DNA of 64,000 bases from Phycisphaerae bacterium (GTDB lineage Bacteria; Planctomycetota; Phycisphaerae; FEN-1346), in the NCBI GenBank assembly GCA_035527275.1, contig DATLBA010000076.1, forward strand, positions 34 to 64,033, written 5' to 3'. Shown here one piece after another: positions 1 through 9,970 of the stretch. Within the stretch, counting starts at the first letter, position 1. Every line of letters starts with the position of its first letter. The notes under the pieces were generated by a model. It did not search any database. It was given only the letters and a program-made list of their open reading frames with translations, and was not told the DNA's origin. The translations under genes were made by a program, and so were the position numbers.

Positions 1-435
1 ATCGTAGGCATTCGCCAGGCGATCGAAGGGAAGTTGCAAGAGTATAAGAAGACGTTGCGCATCGACCTCTCGGCCGCCGAGGCCCACCGCAACCGGGCGC
101 TGGACCTATACGACCAGCGAAACAGCAAGGCGGGGAATTTGTTCAGTGCCGTCAGATATTTCCAAAAGGCCCTTGCGTATTACGGCGGGCGCGGCTATTT
201 TCCCAATCAGCCCACCGTTGACACCATCTATCTGGAATGTCTCCGGGAGGTCAAAGACCGCATCCACCGCGAGTACACGAACGCCGTCCTGGACGAGAAG
301 GCGGGGGAGTACAAGCGAGCGATGAGGCGCTACAAACACGTCCTGGCCATGGTGCCCGAGCCGGGAAACAAGATTGTCGAGAACGTATCCCGCCGGATCA
401 ACGCCCTGCGGAAGCGGTACCCCGACCTGGATTAG
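1..435 (+). CDS. hypothetical protein, C-terminal fragment; the open frame runs to the window edge, so the true start is probably upstream
   Basis: Uninterrupted frame from nt 1 to the stop at 435. Coding-like composition. No recognised domain. Confidence 0.45.
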   Translation: MVGIRQAIEGKLQEYKKTLRIDLSAAEAHRNRALDLYDQRNSKAGNLFSAVRYFQKALAYYGGRGYFPNQPTVDTIYLECLREVKDRIHREYTNAVLDEKAGEYKRAMRRYKHVLAMVPEPGNKIVENVSRRINALRKRYPDLD

Positions 436-463
436 GTCCCGAACTTGCTTCGGGAGTGGGCTT

Positions 464-1717
464 CTACTCCGATTCGGGCGCGTTCGCCGGTTCTCTTGCC
501 GGATACTTCCGGATGAACTCTTCCCATCCTTCCGTATCGGACGGCGGCTCTCCAACCGGGGCCTCGGGCGGCTCCGGCGACGTGTCTATCTCAGAAGGCG
601 GCGGCGCCTCCGCCGGCTCACCGGACTCGGACGGGGCAGGCGGTTGAACCTCCCGCGGGGGACCCCACGGCCGCCGGATTTCCACCACCGCGAGAATGGC
701 CAGGACCAGGAGGGCCAGGCTCACCAGCAGGGCCGCCCCGACCAGCAGTTGCGGCCGCCGGCGCATCCACTCGCCTCCGCGTCGTCTGATTTCGCGCACT
801 CGTCGGCGGACTTTCCCGGCCGCCACCGCTATGCGCCTGGTGACCGGCAGCGTAACGGGCGGTTCCTCCAGGCGCGGCAGAATCGCCTGAAGGTCTTTCG
901 GTCTCCTGCCGACCAGCGACGCCACCGCCGCGAGAACCTTGCTTCTGGGGCTGATGTGACCGCCGAGGCGCCTGATGCGCCGGCCCATTCTCAGGATCGC
1001 ACCTTCGGGATCTTCCCGGGTGCAACGGACGAGCGGCAGCCGCGCAAACAGCGAGGACGCGCTCGTGACTTCCTCAGCAACGCATCGGGCCAGACCTTCC
1101 GAGACCACCAGCGCCTTCTGCACGCGCTTGACCGCGGCGACACGCTGCTCGAGGCTCTCCGTTTCGAGGCACCTACCCAGGACGACGGCATCGCGGTAGC
1201 ACCAGAATCCATCGGGGAGACTGAGCCCGTGCTCCCCGTGTGGCGGCCAGGCCTCCGCCTGGGCCCGCACGAAGCGCACAATGGCAGGGGTTAGTCGGGC
1301 GACCGGCACACCCCGTTCGCGGCAGGCCACCAACCAGGCTTCCAGCGTCGCCGGCTCGCTCGGTTGACCCTCGCAGTGCTTTCGATAGAGGCCTTCGAGG
1401 ACGGTGCGCCACGCGCGGAGCAACTCGTTGTCATAGATCCGCTTTTTCTCAGGGTTGGTCAGAACGGAGACGGCCTGGCCGACCTCGGCCAGCAACTCGA
1501 GCGCCTGTCTGCGGAACCGGCCGATCTGATAGGTTCTCAGGGCGCGCTTGGCCTTGCGACCGGCTTGGTGGATCGCCGCCCTGTCGGACTCAAGGGGCGG
1601 CACACCGAGCAGTTCATAGTAGGTCGGCTCGGGGGTCTCGACGCCGAGCCATTCCCGGTACAAGTCGGCCCGGGACGTTTCGCTCTGCTCGTCGTGGTTG
1701 GAGCGGTTTTCGATCAT
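464..1717 (-). CDS. J-domain-like (DnaJ N-terminal-like) protein with a C-terminal TM helix and a Pro/Glu-rich tail
   Basis: 417-aa ORF. N-terminal YYELLGV...RYDNELL resembles a J domain, but the HPD tripeptide is absent. A hydrophobic segment (LLVGAALLVSLALLVLAILAVV) is followed by a PEPPEAP-rich tail. ATG at 1717. Confidence 0.5.
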   Translation of the reverse strand: MIENRSNHDEQSETSRADLYREWLGVETPEPTYYELLGVPPLESDRAAIHQAGRKAKRALRTYQIGRFRRQALELLAEVGQAVSVLTNPEKKRIYDNELLRAWRTVLEGLYRKHCEGQPSEPATLEAWLVACRERGVPVARLTPAIVRFVRAQAEAWPPHGEHGLSLPDGFWCYRDAVVLGRCLETESLEQRVAAVKRVQKALVVSEGLARCVAEEVTSASSLFARLPLVRCTREDPEGAILRMGRRIRRLGGHISPRSKVLAAVASLVGRRPKDLQAILPRLEEPPVTLPVTRRIAVAAGKVRRRVREIRRRGGEWMRRRPQLLVGAALLVSLALLVLAILAVVEIRRPWGPPREVQPPAPSESGEPAEAPPPSEIDTSPEPPEAPVGEPPSDTEGWEEFIRKYPAREPANAPESE

Positions 1718-1858
1718 GCGCGCTTACGCCGGGTGGCCCAATCAGTCGAAGGTATCATACCGCATCGCGCACCGCCTGGCAATCGGGCGGTGCAGGGTGG
1801 ACGCCGCCGCCGCCGCCCGCTAGACTTTGCGGGCTTCCAACGAGGAGGGAGAGGGCGG

Positions 1859-3091
1859 ATGGCCGAGCGGTCGTGGCACGAGAGGTCCCTCGAGGAAGCA
1901 CTGACCCAGCCGGCGCTGCGAGCCGGCCTTCGCCGCGCCCTCGGCGCGGGCCCCTTGTGCGACCGGTGCCTCGGCCGCCTGTGCGCCGCCGTGGACTCGG
2001 GGCTGAGCAACGAGCGTCGCGGCCAGGCGATTCGTCGGGCGCTGGATGCCGCGCCCCCTGGAAAATCCTGCTGGCTGTGCGGCGGCCTTTTCTTCGATGT
2101 GGACGCCTGGGTTTCGCGCGCCCTGGCGGCGCTGGAGGGCTGGGAGTTCGACACGTTCCTCGTCGCATCGCACACCGATCCGAAAATCGAGGATCGCGAG
2201 AACGTGCTCCACGAACTCGCGGGCGACCATCTGGCCGAGCCTTACAAGCAAGAATTCAATCGCGAGGTCGGCGCACGCCTCTGCGACGCCACGGGAGCCG
2301 AACCCGACTTCACGCATCCGGATATCGTCGTCATCGCGGACCATGCCCGGGGAAGCGTCGCGGCTGAGGTGCGTCCTCTGTTCGTCTCGGGGCGATACCG
2401 GAAGTTGGTGCGCGGCATCCCACAGTGCCGGTGGGCGGCGTGGCCGTCGAGCGTCCAGCAAATCATCGGTGATGTGGTGTGCGAGGCGGCGCAAGGAGAG
2501 GACCATCTCTTCCACGGTTGCGGACGGGAAGACGTGGATGTGCGATGCTTGGGCGAGCGGCCGTTTGTCCTCGAGGTCGTCCGCCCGCGCCGGCGGCGCC
2601 TGGATTGGGCCGCGATTGCGGATCGGATTAACCACTCCGGTGCGGTGGAGGTTCTCGATCTGGGACGGTGTGGGGCGGATGATGTTGCCCGCATCAAAAT
2701 GCTTCGGCCGGATAAAACCTACCGGGCCCTGGTCCGACTGGACGACCCGGTCGGTCCACCCTGCTCAGAAAGGCTGGCCGGACTGGTGGGGAGAATTCGG
2801 CAGCGGACGCCAACGCGCGTCCTGCGGCGTCGGCCCGACCGGGTGCGCTGGCGCCAGGTGCGGTCGATTGTCTGGCGGCAACTGGATTGTCGGACGCTCG
2901 AGATGGAGGTCCGCACGGAGGCGGGGCTTTACGTGAAGGAACTTGTCAGCGGAGACGGCGGCCGCACGCAGCCGAACGTGGCCGGGGTCCTCGGCGCGGA
3001 CGCCGAATGCGCCGAGTTGGACGTCCTGGCCGTTCACACCGAGGAGCCGACGGCCACGGAGAAACCTCAATCCTCCAGCGCCACGGAGTAG
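1859..3091 (+). CDS. pus10: tRNA pseudouridine synthase, Pus10 family
   Basis: N-terminal CDRCLGRLC...CWLCGG Zn-ribbon motifs. GREDVDVRCLG catalytic-Asp motif and a GDGGRTQP C-terminal motif resemble Pus10. ATG at 1859 is preceded by GAGGAGGG 9 nt upstream. In frame with the longer artefactual ORF 1364..3091. Confidence 0.6.
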   Translation: MAERSWHERSLEEALTQPALRAGLRRALGAGPLCDRCLGRLCAAVDSGLSNERRGQAIRRALDAAPPGKSCWLCGGLFFDVDAWVSRALAALEGWEFDTFLVASHTDPKIEDRENVLHELAGDHLAEPYKQEFNREVGARLCDATGAEPDFTHPDIVVIADHARGSVAAEVRPLFVSGRYRKLVRGIPQCRWAAWPSSVQQIIGDVVCEAAQGEDHLFHGCGREDVDVRCLGERPFVLEVVRPRRRRLDWAAIADRINHSGAVEVLDLGRCGADDVARIKMLRPDKTYRALVRLDDPVGPPCSERLAGLVGRIRQRTPTRVLRRRPDRVRWRQVRSIVWRQLDCRTLEMEVRTEAGLYVKELVSGDGGRTQPNVAGVLGADAECAELDVLAVHTEEPTATEKPQSSSATE

Positions 3092-3903
3092 GGCCGACCG
3101 GCCTGGAATCCCGTCGCCTCGGTGAAACCGGCCGCACGGAGCGCCCGTTCGGCCTCGGCGTAAGCGTGGGCCACGTCCTCGGGCCGATGGGCGTCCGAGC
3201 CGACGGCAACGCGGCGGCCGCCCAGGCGGCGGTAGCGCTTCAGAACCTCAAGGTCGGCCGCCAGGGCCATCCCGCGGTCCAGGACATGATGCGTATTGAC
3301 CTCCAGCACCACGCCGCGCGCGACGCACTCGGCCAGGATTTTTTCGACCCGCTCCCAGTACCACGCGTTGCGATACGCCTCGAACAGGCCCGGCGCCTGC
3401 TTGTAGATGTAATCGAAATGGCCGAGGCAGTGGCACCATCCCGAGGCGACGAGAGCCGCGGTCTCGTCAAAATACTCCGCCTGAAGCGCCCGGATGTCCA
3501 GGTCGTCGAGCCCTTCCGGCGTAAGCCCATAGATATGAACGCCCCCCGTCGTGTGAACGGACCCCATCACGAAGTCGAAGTCCATCGCGGCCAAACACTC
3601 ACCCGGTTCGACGCCGTAAGCGCGGCGGAAATCGAACTCGACGCCCATCCGAATCGTCAGGCGGTCCCCGTAGCGGCTCTGTGCTTCGGCGACGGCTTCG
3701 GCGTAGGCCTCGTAGTCGAAGAACCCGTAATGCGGATCGTCGCGGTCGAAGTCCAGGTGCTCGGCGAAACAGACGTCCTTCAGGCCGGCTTCAATCGCCG
3801 CTTCGCACATCTCGGCGAGCGTGGCGCGACCGTCGGCGCTGTGGGTTGAATGAAGATGGTAATCGATGGGAATCACGCGGTCTCCCGTTTCTGCGCCGCC
3901 CAT
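3067..3903 (-). CDS. PHP-domain histidinol-phosphatase family protein (HisJ/HisK-like)
   Basis: PIDYHLHSTHSADG PHP metal-binding motif. Additional His/Asp ligands (GSVHT, HFDYI, GSDAH). Start chosen at the internal ATG 3903 (MGGAETG...), because the upstream extension is Arg/Gly-rich junk. The 3' end overlaps pus10 by 25 nt convergently. Confidence 0.65.
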   Translation of the reverse strand: MGGAETGDRVIPIDYHLHSTHSADGRATLAEMCEAAIEAGLKDVCFAEHLDFDRDDPHYGFFDYEAYAEAVAEAQSRYGDRLTIRMGVEFDFRRAYGVEPGECLAAMDFDFVMGSVHTTGGVHIYGLTPEGLDDLDIRALQAEYFDETAALVASGWCHCLGHFDYIYKQAPGLFEAYRNAWYWERVEKILAECVARGVVLEVNTHHVLDRGMALAADLEVLKRYRRLGGRRVAVGSDAHRPEDVAHAYAEAERALRAAGFTEATGFQAGRPYSVALED

Positions 3904-3975
3904 ATCCGCGGGGGCTATCCCTACAACGCCACTTCGTGCGCGGCGGGTCTCCGTACCCGCCGCGCAGCCCCGAAA

Positions 3976-4006
3976 ACGGGCCTTCGCGCGCGGTGGGTGC
4001 AAAGAC
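3976..4006 (-). terminator. putative intrinsic terminator hairpin downstream of the ABC exporter operon
   Basis: GCGCGCGGTGGGT-gcaaag-ACCCACCGCGCG, a perfect 12-13 bp stem. On the minus strand it is followed by CCCGTTTTCG. Confidence 0.35.
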
Positions 4007-4040
4007 CCACCGCGCGAAATGGCCACGTAGCGTTGTAGTA

Positions 4041-5930
4041 CTATTCGGAGCGGATAAACTCCTCATACATTCGGGCATAGCGCCCGCCGCGCGCTATCAA
4101 CTCGGCGTGCGTTCCCTCTTCGGTGATGCACCCGCCCTCGACGACGAGGACGCGGTCGGCTTTTCGCACCGTTGACAACCGGTGGGCGACAATAAAACAC
4201 GTGCGCCGCTCAGTCAACCGCGCAAGCGCTTCCTGAACCTGGAGTTCGGTCTGTGTATCCACGCTGGAGGTGGCTTCGTCGAGGATGAGGATGGCCGGGT
4301 CGGCCAGCATGGCCCGCGTGAAACAGACCAATTGACGCTGGCCGGCGGAGAGCGATCCACCCCGCTCGCCCACCTCGGTCTGATACCCCCTGGGAAGGGC
4401 TTCGATGGCCCGGTGGCTGCCGATGCGGCGGGCGCACTCGATGACCTCGGCGTCGGTCGCGTCGGGGCGGCCGTAGCGGATGTTGTCCATGACGGTTCCT
4501 GTAAAGAGAAAGTTTTCCTGAAGCACGATGCCCGTGTGCCGGTGCAAGCCTCGCTGGGTAATGGCCCGCACGTCGTAGTCGTCGATGCGGACCGCGCCGC
4601 GCTGCGCCTCATAAAAACGGGCGATGAGGCGGCAAATGGTGGTCTTGCCCGCGCCGGTCGGACCGACCAGCGCCAGCGTTTCCCCGGGCCGCACCTTGAG
4701 CGAAACGTCACGCAGCACGACGACGCCCGGATCATACTCGAAGGTTACGTGGTCGAACTCGACCGCGCCGTCCAGGCGCCGGGGATTCCACGCGCCCGGC
4801 CGGTCCACGATTTTGGGCTTGGTGTCCAGGACCTCGATGATCCGGTCGGCGGCGGCCAACGCGTGGAGAAAGTTGTTGTATAGGTCGCTCAGCATTTCCA
4901 TCGGGAAAAAGAACATGCCGACGTATGCGAGAAACGCCACAACGGAGCCGGCGGTGACGCGCTCCGGCTCCGGCAGATCGGCGGTGGTGGCAACCCGGTA
5001 GGCGCCAAACAGAATCACGACGGCGGGCGCGAGGACCTGAAGCGTTCGGACAACCACCATGTACCGCGCGTGGACGCGGTCGGTTTCGATGCGGGTCTCG
5101 TAAAGTTCGCCGGTCAGACCGGCGAAGATCTCCTCGTTCCTCTGCTCGCGGGCGAAGGCCTGGATGACGCGGGCGCCGGCGATGGACTCCGCCACGTTGG
5201 CCGTCAGGCGGCCCGTTTGCCGCCGAACTTGACGCCAGGCGGTGGTCGCACGCTTGCGGAACCAGCGTGTCAGAAACGCCAAGACCGGCAGCATCGGGAA
5301 AATCACGAGAAACATCACCCTGTCCTCCAGCAGCAGAAATACGGTGGCACCCACAATCGTAAGCGTCGCGGACACCAGATGATTCGGCGCCCATGAGACG
5401 GTCTGCTCGAGCGCGTCGAGGTCCGTCGTGCCCCGGGCGATGACTTGCCCCGCCTTCACCTTGTCGTAGTACCGGAGGCTGAGTTCGTGCAGATGGTGAA
5501 AGAAACGCTGCCGCATGCGATACATGAACTGCTGGGCGAACTTGGTCACACGGCGAATCTCGAAGTGGCGAACAACCGCCGAAGCCATGAAGAGGACCGC
5601 GAAGCCGGCAATGTGCCACACAGTCGTATTCCACGCGCCCGCCCTAAGGGAAGCGGCTTCGCCCTCGGGCAGACCCTGGAGGGCCTTGAGTGCTCCAGCG
5701 GCGTCGTCCACCGTCCACTTCAGAAGTTTCGGCACCAGCAGACCAACGGCCGTGAGGATGAGGGTGAAAAGGATGTTCAGGGCGATGACGCCGCGGTAGG
5801 GCTTGAGCCAGCCCATTAGCCGCCTGGCGGCCTGGCGATTGAGACGGGTCGGCATCGGTTGGTCGGCGTCGCCCACGTGGCCGAAGCGAGGACTCACGGT
5901 CGCGCCTCCTCGTCCAGCCCCAACTCCCAC
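4041..5930 (-). CDS. ABC transporter ATP-binding/permease fusion (exporter type; second of a heterodimeric pair)
   Basis: Six-TM domain followed by a nucleotide-binding domain with Walker A GPTGAGKTT, signature LSAGQRQ and Walker B ILILDEAT. Start uncertain: ORF ATG at 5930 overlaps the upstream gene by 37 nt; alternative ATG at 5855. Confidence 0.85.
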   Translation of the reverse strand: MGVGAGRGGATVSPRFGHVGDADQPMPTRLNRQAARRLMGWLKPYRGVIALNILFTLILTAVGLLVPKLLKWTVDDAAGALKALQGLPEGEAASLRAGAWNTTVWHIAGFAVLFMASAVVRHFEIRRVTKFAQQFMYRMRQRFFHHLHELSLRYYDKVKAGQVIARGTTDLDALEQTVSWAPNHLVSATLTIVGATVFLLLEDRVMFLVIFPMLPVLAFLTRWFRKRATTAWRQVRRQTGRLTANVAESIAGARVIQAFAREQRNEEIFAGLTGELYETRIETDRVHARYMVVVRTLQVLAPAVVILFGAYRVATTADLPEPERVTAGSVVAFLAYVGMFFFPMEMLSDLYNNFLHALAAADRIIEVLDTKPKIVDRPGAWNPRRLDGAVEFDHVTFEYDPGVVVLRDVSLKVRPGETLALVGPTGAGKTTICRLIARFYEAQRGAVRIDDYDVRAITQRGLHRHTGIVLQENFLFTGTVMDNIRYGRPDATDAEVIECARRIGSHRAIEALPRGYQTEVGERGGSLSAGQRQLVCFTRAMLADPAILILDEATSSVDTQTELQVQEALARLTERRTCFIVAHRLSTVRKADRVLVVEGGCITEEGTHAELIARGGRYARMYEEFIRSE

Positions 5931-7744
5931 TGCATGCGGCAGAACTCGCGGTACGGACCCTCGCGGGCAATCAACTCCTCGTGCTTGCCCTGCTGAACAA
6001 TGCGTCCCTCTTCCATAACCAGGATCAGGTCCGCGCGCCTGACGGTCGAGGCACGGTGAGCGATGATGAACGTGGTGCGGTCTTCCATCACCTCGGCGAG
6101 GGCGTCCTGGATCGCGCGCTCGGTCGCCGAGTCCACGCTCGCGGTCGCATCGTCGAGGATTAGAATCCGCGGGTCCACCAGCAGGGCTCGCGCGATCGCC
6201 ACCCGTTGCCGCTGGCCCCCCGACAGAGAGACGCCGCGGTCCCCGACGTTGGTGCTGTAGCCGTCCGTGAAGGCCTTGGCAAATTCATCGACGCTGGCCC
6301 GGCGCGCCACGTCTTCGATGGCCCTCCGCTCGGCCGCGGGCACCCCGAAAGCGATGTTCTCAGACAGGCTGGCCGAGAAGAGAAACGTGTCCTGGAAAAC
6401 AAAGCCGATTTCGGCCCGCAGTTGCTCGGGGTTCAGTTCCCGGATATCCGCCCCGTCGATGAGGATGCGTCCCTTCTGGGGGTCGTAAAATCGCGGCAGG
6501 AGTTTAATGAGGGTGGACTTTCCGCACCCCGTCGGGCCGACCAGGGCGACGTTCGTCCCGGCCGGGATGTCGAGGTTCACGTTCTCGAGGACGGGCTCGT
6601 CGTCGTAGCGGAAAGCGACGTCCTCGAAGACCACGCGGCCGCCGCCTTCGGGCATGGGCCGCGGCCGGCCGGGGCCGCGGACCTCGGGGCGGGCGTCGAG
6701 GATCTCGAACACCCGCTCCGCCGAGACCAGGCTGTGTTGAACCGTGCCGGCCATCCGCGCGATGAACTGCATGTTTCCCGTGAGCATCCGGGAGAAAAAG
6801 TACACGGTGACAATGATGCCGGCCTCGGGCCCCGTCCCCGCCGGCGCGTGAAGCACCCGAAACGCAGCCGTTGCGACCATGGCGAGCATCAACAACTCGC
6901 CCAGGAAAAAGACCGACGGCCGGTAAAAGGCAAAAGCGTCCGCCAGGCGGAACCACCGCTTCCGGACCTTCTCAATGGCCGAGTCGTACCGGTTGACCTC
7001 CTCGGTTTCGCGCCCGAACGCACGCACGACCTGCATGCCCTGGACGTTCTCCGAAAGGATTTGCGTCGCAGCGTCCAGTTCGTGCCGCATATCGTGGAAC
7101 ATGGGATGAATCCGCCGGGCGAACACGATCATCGCCGCCAGGTAAACCGGGAGGAACGGCAGGGCCACCAGCGCGACGTGGCGGTCAAGGAGAACCAGGA
7201 ACACGGCGAAAAAGATGAACGAAAACAACGTCCGGGTCCCCTGCACGAGGATCATCGTGTAAAACATACGCAGGTTGTTGACGTCGCCGATGGTCCGGTT
7301 GATGAGTTGACCCGTATCCTGCTTGTCGTAGTAGGAAAAACTTTGCCGAATCAGTTTCCGATAGACACGCCGGCGCAGGTCCGTCAAAATCTTCATTCGC
7401 AGGTGCGCCATCAGCATGCGGTTGGCGTAGTGGCAGCCGATCCCCAGGAACCCTACACCTAGCATCGCCGCAATTACCCGGAGGAGCGGCTCCCAATTTT
7501 TCCACCTCGACACCCCACCCTCAAACGCTTCGAGCAACTTGTTGACGCCCTCGCCCATCAAGACCGGCATGAAAAAACCCAGCCCGGAGATAAATACGCC
7601 GAGGGCCACACCGCCCAGGATGTCCAGCCGATACGGGCGGGCCAGGGCAAGGATGCGGCGAAGCACCCTGCCGACGGGCTGCGCCAGTTCAAATTTTTCG
7701 TGGCCGACTTGCGACATAACAGGTTGCCTAACAATGGCGGACAC
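5894..7744 (-). CDS. ABC transporter ATP-binding/permease fusion (exporter type; first of the pair)
   Basis: TM domain plus NBD with Walker A GPTGCGKST, signature LSGGQRQRVAIAR, Walker B ILILDDATS. GTG at 7744 or ATG at 7717 as start. Confidence 0.85.
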   Translation of the reverse strand: MSAIVRQPVMSQVGHEKFELAQPVGRVLRRILALARPYRLDILGGVALGVFISGLGFFMPVLMGEGVNKLLEAFEGGVSRWKNWEPLLRVIAAMLGVGFLGIGCHYANRMLMAHLRMKILTDLRRRVYRKLIRQSFSYYDKQDTGQLINRTIGDVNNLRMFYTMILVQGTRTLFSFIFFAVFLVLLDRHVALVALPFLPVYLAAMIVFARRIHPMFHDMRHELDAATQILSENVQGMQVVRAFGRETEEVNRYDSAIEKVRKRWFRLADAFAFYRPSVFFLGELLMLAMVATAAFRVLHAPAGTGPEAGIIVTVYFFSRMLTGNMQFIARMAGTVQHSLVSAERVFEILDARPEVRGPGRPRPMPEGGGRVVFEDVAFRYDDEPVLENVNLDIPAGTNVALVGPTGCGKSTLIKLLPRFYDPQKGRILIDGADIRELNPEQLRAEIGFVFQDTFLFSASLSENIAFGVPAAERRAIEDVARRASVDEFAKAFTDGYSTNVGDRGVSLSGGQRQRVAIARALLVDPRILILDDATASVDSATERAIQDALAEVMEDRTTFIIAHRASTVRRADLILVMEEGRIVQQGKHEELIAREGPYREFCRMQWELGLDEEARP

Positions 7745-8133
7745 CCGCCGCAGGCGGGCGTCCGGTCCTTCACAGCGTCCCTATACCTATATCCCAGAAC
7801 GGCGGGCCGGTCAAGGGATACTTGCCCTGACTCCTCCCCCTCGTTCCGCCCGTACGGGCGCCGCCTTGGCCTCGAACCTCTCGCTCAGCCTCGCGACGAG
7901 CGGGTTATTGGGATAGGCTCTTAGCCGCAATCCCGGCGCGCCGGGATGCGGGTTTTGAACGGCTAAACGCGGACGCTACAAACTAGCCGCGAGCGCCTAA
8001 GCGAGCGGCGCGCCGCCGGCCGCTGCGCACCGGCCCCGTCGCTTATGCGTGTCGGGTGCCCGCCACGGCGGGTAAAATCCCACCCGACACGTAGAGGATA
8101 ACGTAGTCGCACCCCCAATCGGCATTTTCCTTC

Positions 8134-8162
8134 TTGCAATGGCGGCGTCCTTTCCTTATATC
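8134..8162 (+). promoter_or_regulatory. putative sigma70-type promoter for the MoxR gene
   Basis: TTGCAA-17 nt-TATATC, ending about 10 nt before an AGGAGG RBS and the TTG start at 8183. Confidence 0.35.
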
Positions 8163-8182
8163 CACACGCACAGGAGGCTCCC

Positions 8183-9277
8183 TTGGCCGAGCAAGCCATA
8201 CGAAGCGCCGACGAAATGAAGGCCGTCCGGCAGTTGGGGGAGGCCCGGAGCCTTTTGCTGGGCGAAATCCACAAAGTCATCGTCGGCCAGGACGAAGTCA
8301 TCGAGCAGTTGCTGCTGGCCATGTTCAGTCGCGGCCACTGCCTGATGGTCGGCGTGCCGGGCCTGGCGAAGACGCTTCTCGTCTCGACCATCGCGAACGT
8401 GCTGAAACTGAAGTTCAGCCGCATCCAGTTTACGCCCGACCTGATGCCCTCGGACATTACCGGCACGGACGTCATTCAGGAGAACCGTTCGACGGGCGAG
8501 CGCGAGTTCCGCTTCATCAAGGGGCCTCTGTTTGGGAACATCATCCTGGCCGACGAGATTAACCGCACTCCGCCCAAGACCCAGGCGGCCCTGCTCCAGG
8601 CCATGCAGGAATATCACGTGACCGCAGGGGGAAACACGTATCCGCTGGATCTGCCGTTCTTCGTCCTCGCGACGCAAAATCCCATCGAGCAGGAAGGGAC
8701 CTATCCCCTGCCCGAGGCCCAACTCGACCGCTTCATGTTCATGATTAACATCGACTACCCGTCGCGCCAGGACGAGCGCGTCATCGTCAAGACAACCACC
8801 GCCGAGGAAAAGTATGACCTGCGGCTCGTGCTGGCCGGCAAGCACATCCTGAACATTCAGAGAATCGTCCGCCGCGTCCCCGTCTCGGAGCATGTCGTGG
8901 ACTATGCGGTCGGCCTGGCGCGCGCCACGCGCCCGGGAACGCCCGAGGCACCGCAATTTATCAACGAGTGGCTGACGTGGGGTGCGGGGCCGCGGGCGGC
9001 CCAGTATCTGGTCCTCGGGGCAAAATCCCGCGCCATCTTCGCCGGCCGCGCCCAGGTCACCTGCGAGGACGTCCGCCGCATCGCTCACCCTGTCCTGCGG
9101 CACCGCCTGTTCACGAACTTCAACGCGGATGCCGAAGGCGTGACGCCGGAAAAAATCATCGACCGCCTGCTTCAGACCGTGCCGGAACCGACGCCCGACG
9201 ACTACCGCCAGCCGCACGCCGCCTCTCAGCAGACCGCCGCGGACAAGAGCGCCGCGGCCGACACGCCGGAGGCGTGA
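8183..9277 (+). CDS. MoxR-family AAA+ ATPase
   Basis: Walker A GVPGLAKT, Walker B ILADEINR, and a MoxR-typical C-terminal domain. TTG start with AGGAGG 5 nt upstream. Confidence 0.85.
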   Translation: MAEQAIRSADEMKAVRQLGEARSLLLGEIHKVIVGQDEVIEQLLLAMFSRGHCLMVGVPGLAKTLLVSTIANVLKLKFSRIQFTPDLMPSDITGTDVIQENRSTGEREFRFIKGPLFGNIILADEINRTPPKTQAALLQAMQEYHVTAGGNTYPLDLPFFVLATQNPIEQEGTYPLPEAQLDRFMFMINIDYPSRQDERVIVKTTTAEEKYDLRLVLAGKHILNIQRIVRRVPVSEHVVDYAVGLARATRPGTPEAPQFINEWLTWGAGPRAAQYLVLGAKSRAIFAGRAQVTCEDVRRIAHPVLRHRLFTNFNADAEGVTPEKIIDRLLQTVPEPTPDDYRQPHAASQQTAADKSAAADTPEA

Positions 9278-9393
9278 TTGGTGAGGTCACCTTAGGGTAT
9301 GGTGTGCCTTGCGCTGGCGAGCACATGGCCACACAACGATTCCCAAGGGGGCAGACCCCAAGCACGCCATCCGGCAACGCCCCGCGGGCAAGG

Positions 9394-9807
9394 TCACAAG
9401 ATGCCGCACTCTCCCAGCACGTCCTCCAGCAGCGCGAGGGCCGGCGTCAGGAGCACGCCCAGGACCACGGCCATGCCGATCGCGCCGCACAAGACGGCAA
9501 TCGCCCTGCCGAACGAGGTCTGAAGGCTGCTTCGCAGGATGACCACCGACGCCAAGACAATCAGCACATGGCCGAGCCAATGGGGGTAAAATATGAGGCT
9601 TGGGCGCGCGGAGCCCCCACGGTCCGTCAGGACGTAAGTCATGGCGAAGACCGCGGCCGCAACGATACCACAAAAAAGGGCGCTCAGCATCGCCCGGCCG
9701 AACGAGGCGTTCTCCGCCCGCGCCACCATCGCGGCAATCCAAAAGAGGATTCCGCCGACCAGCAGCCCACCGACGGCCAGGAGGGCCCAGATGAACGCAA
9801 CGTTCAT
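9394..9807 (-). CDS. small polytopic membrane protein (4 predicted TM helices), hypothetical
   Basis: 137 aa, four hydrophobic helices. AAAGGAAGGGAG RBS 7 nt upstream of ATG 9807. Confidence 0.55.
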   Translation of the reverse strand: MNVAFIWALLAVGGLLVGGILFWIAAMVARAENASFGRAMLSALFCGIVAAAVFAMTYVLTDRGGSARPSLIFYPHWLGHVLIVLASVVILRSSLQTSFGRAIAVLCGAIGMAVVLGVLLTPALALLEDVLGECGIL

Positions 9808-9970
9808 GGCACGACTCCCTTCCTTTACCCCTCGCGGTTACATGCTACATATAGAAATCGGCGTGGAAGGTCCGATAAATTGAGCCGAATTGGCAGGCTA
9901 TGTAGCGCACCAGAAGTCAGGGCACGCCCGGATGAGAGCGAGAACCGTCCGAGTCGGCGAAACCGGATGG

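Noticed and set aside
1364-1858. 5' extensions of real genes in the ORF track (pus10 from 1364, AsmA-like from 28338, mqnC/E from 37727, ADH from 50479, GT9 from 52636, lipoprotein from 40687).
   Set aside because: Extensions overlap upstream genes and lack coding character. Internal starts with RBSs and/or start-stop overlaps give proteins with canonical N-termini.
9278-9393. GGTGA-gg-TCACC palindrome after the MoxR stop.
   Set aside because: The 2-nt loop is sterically implausible for a hairpin; likely chance.
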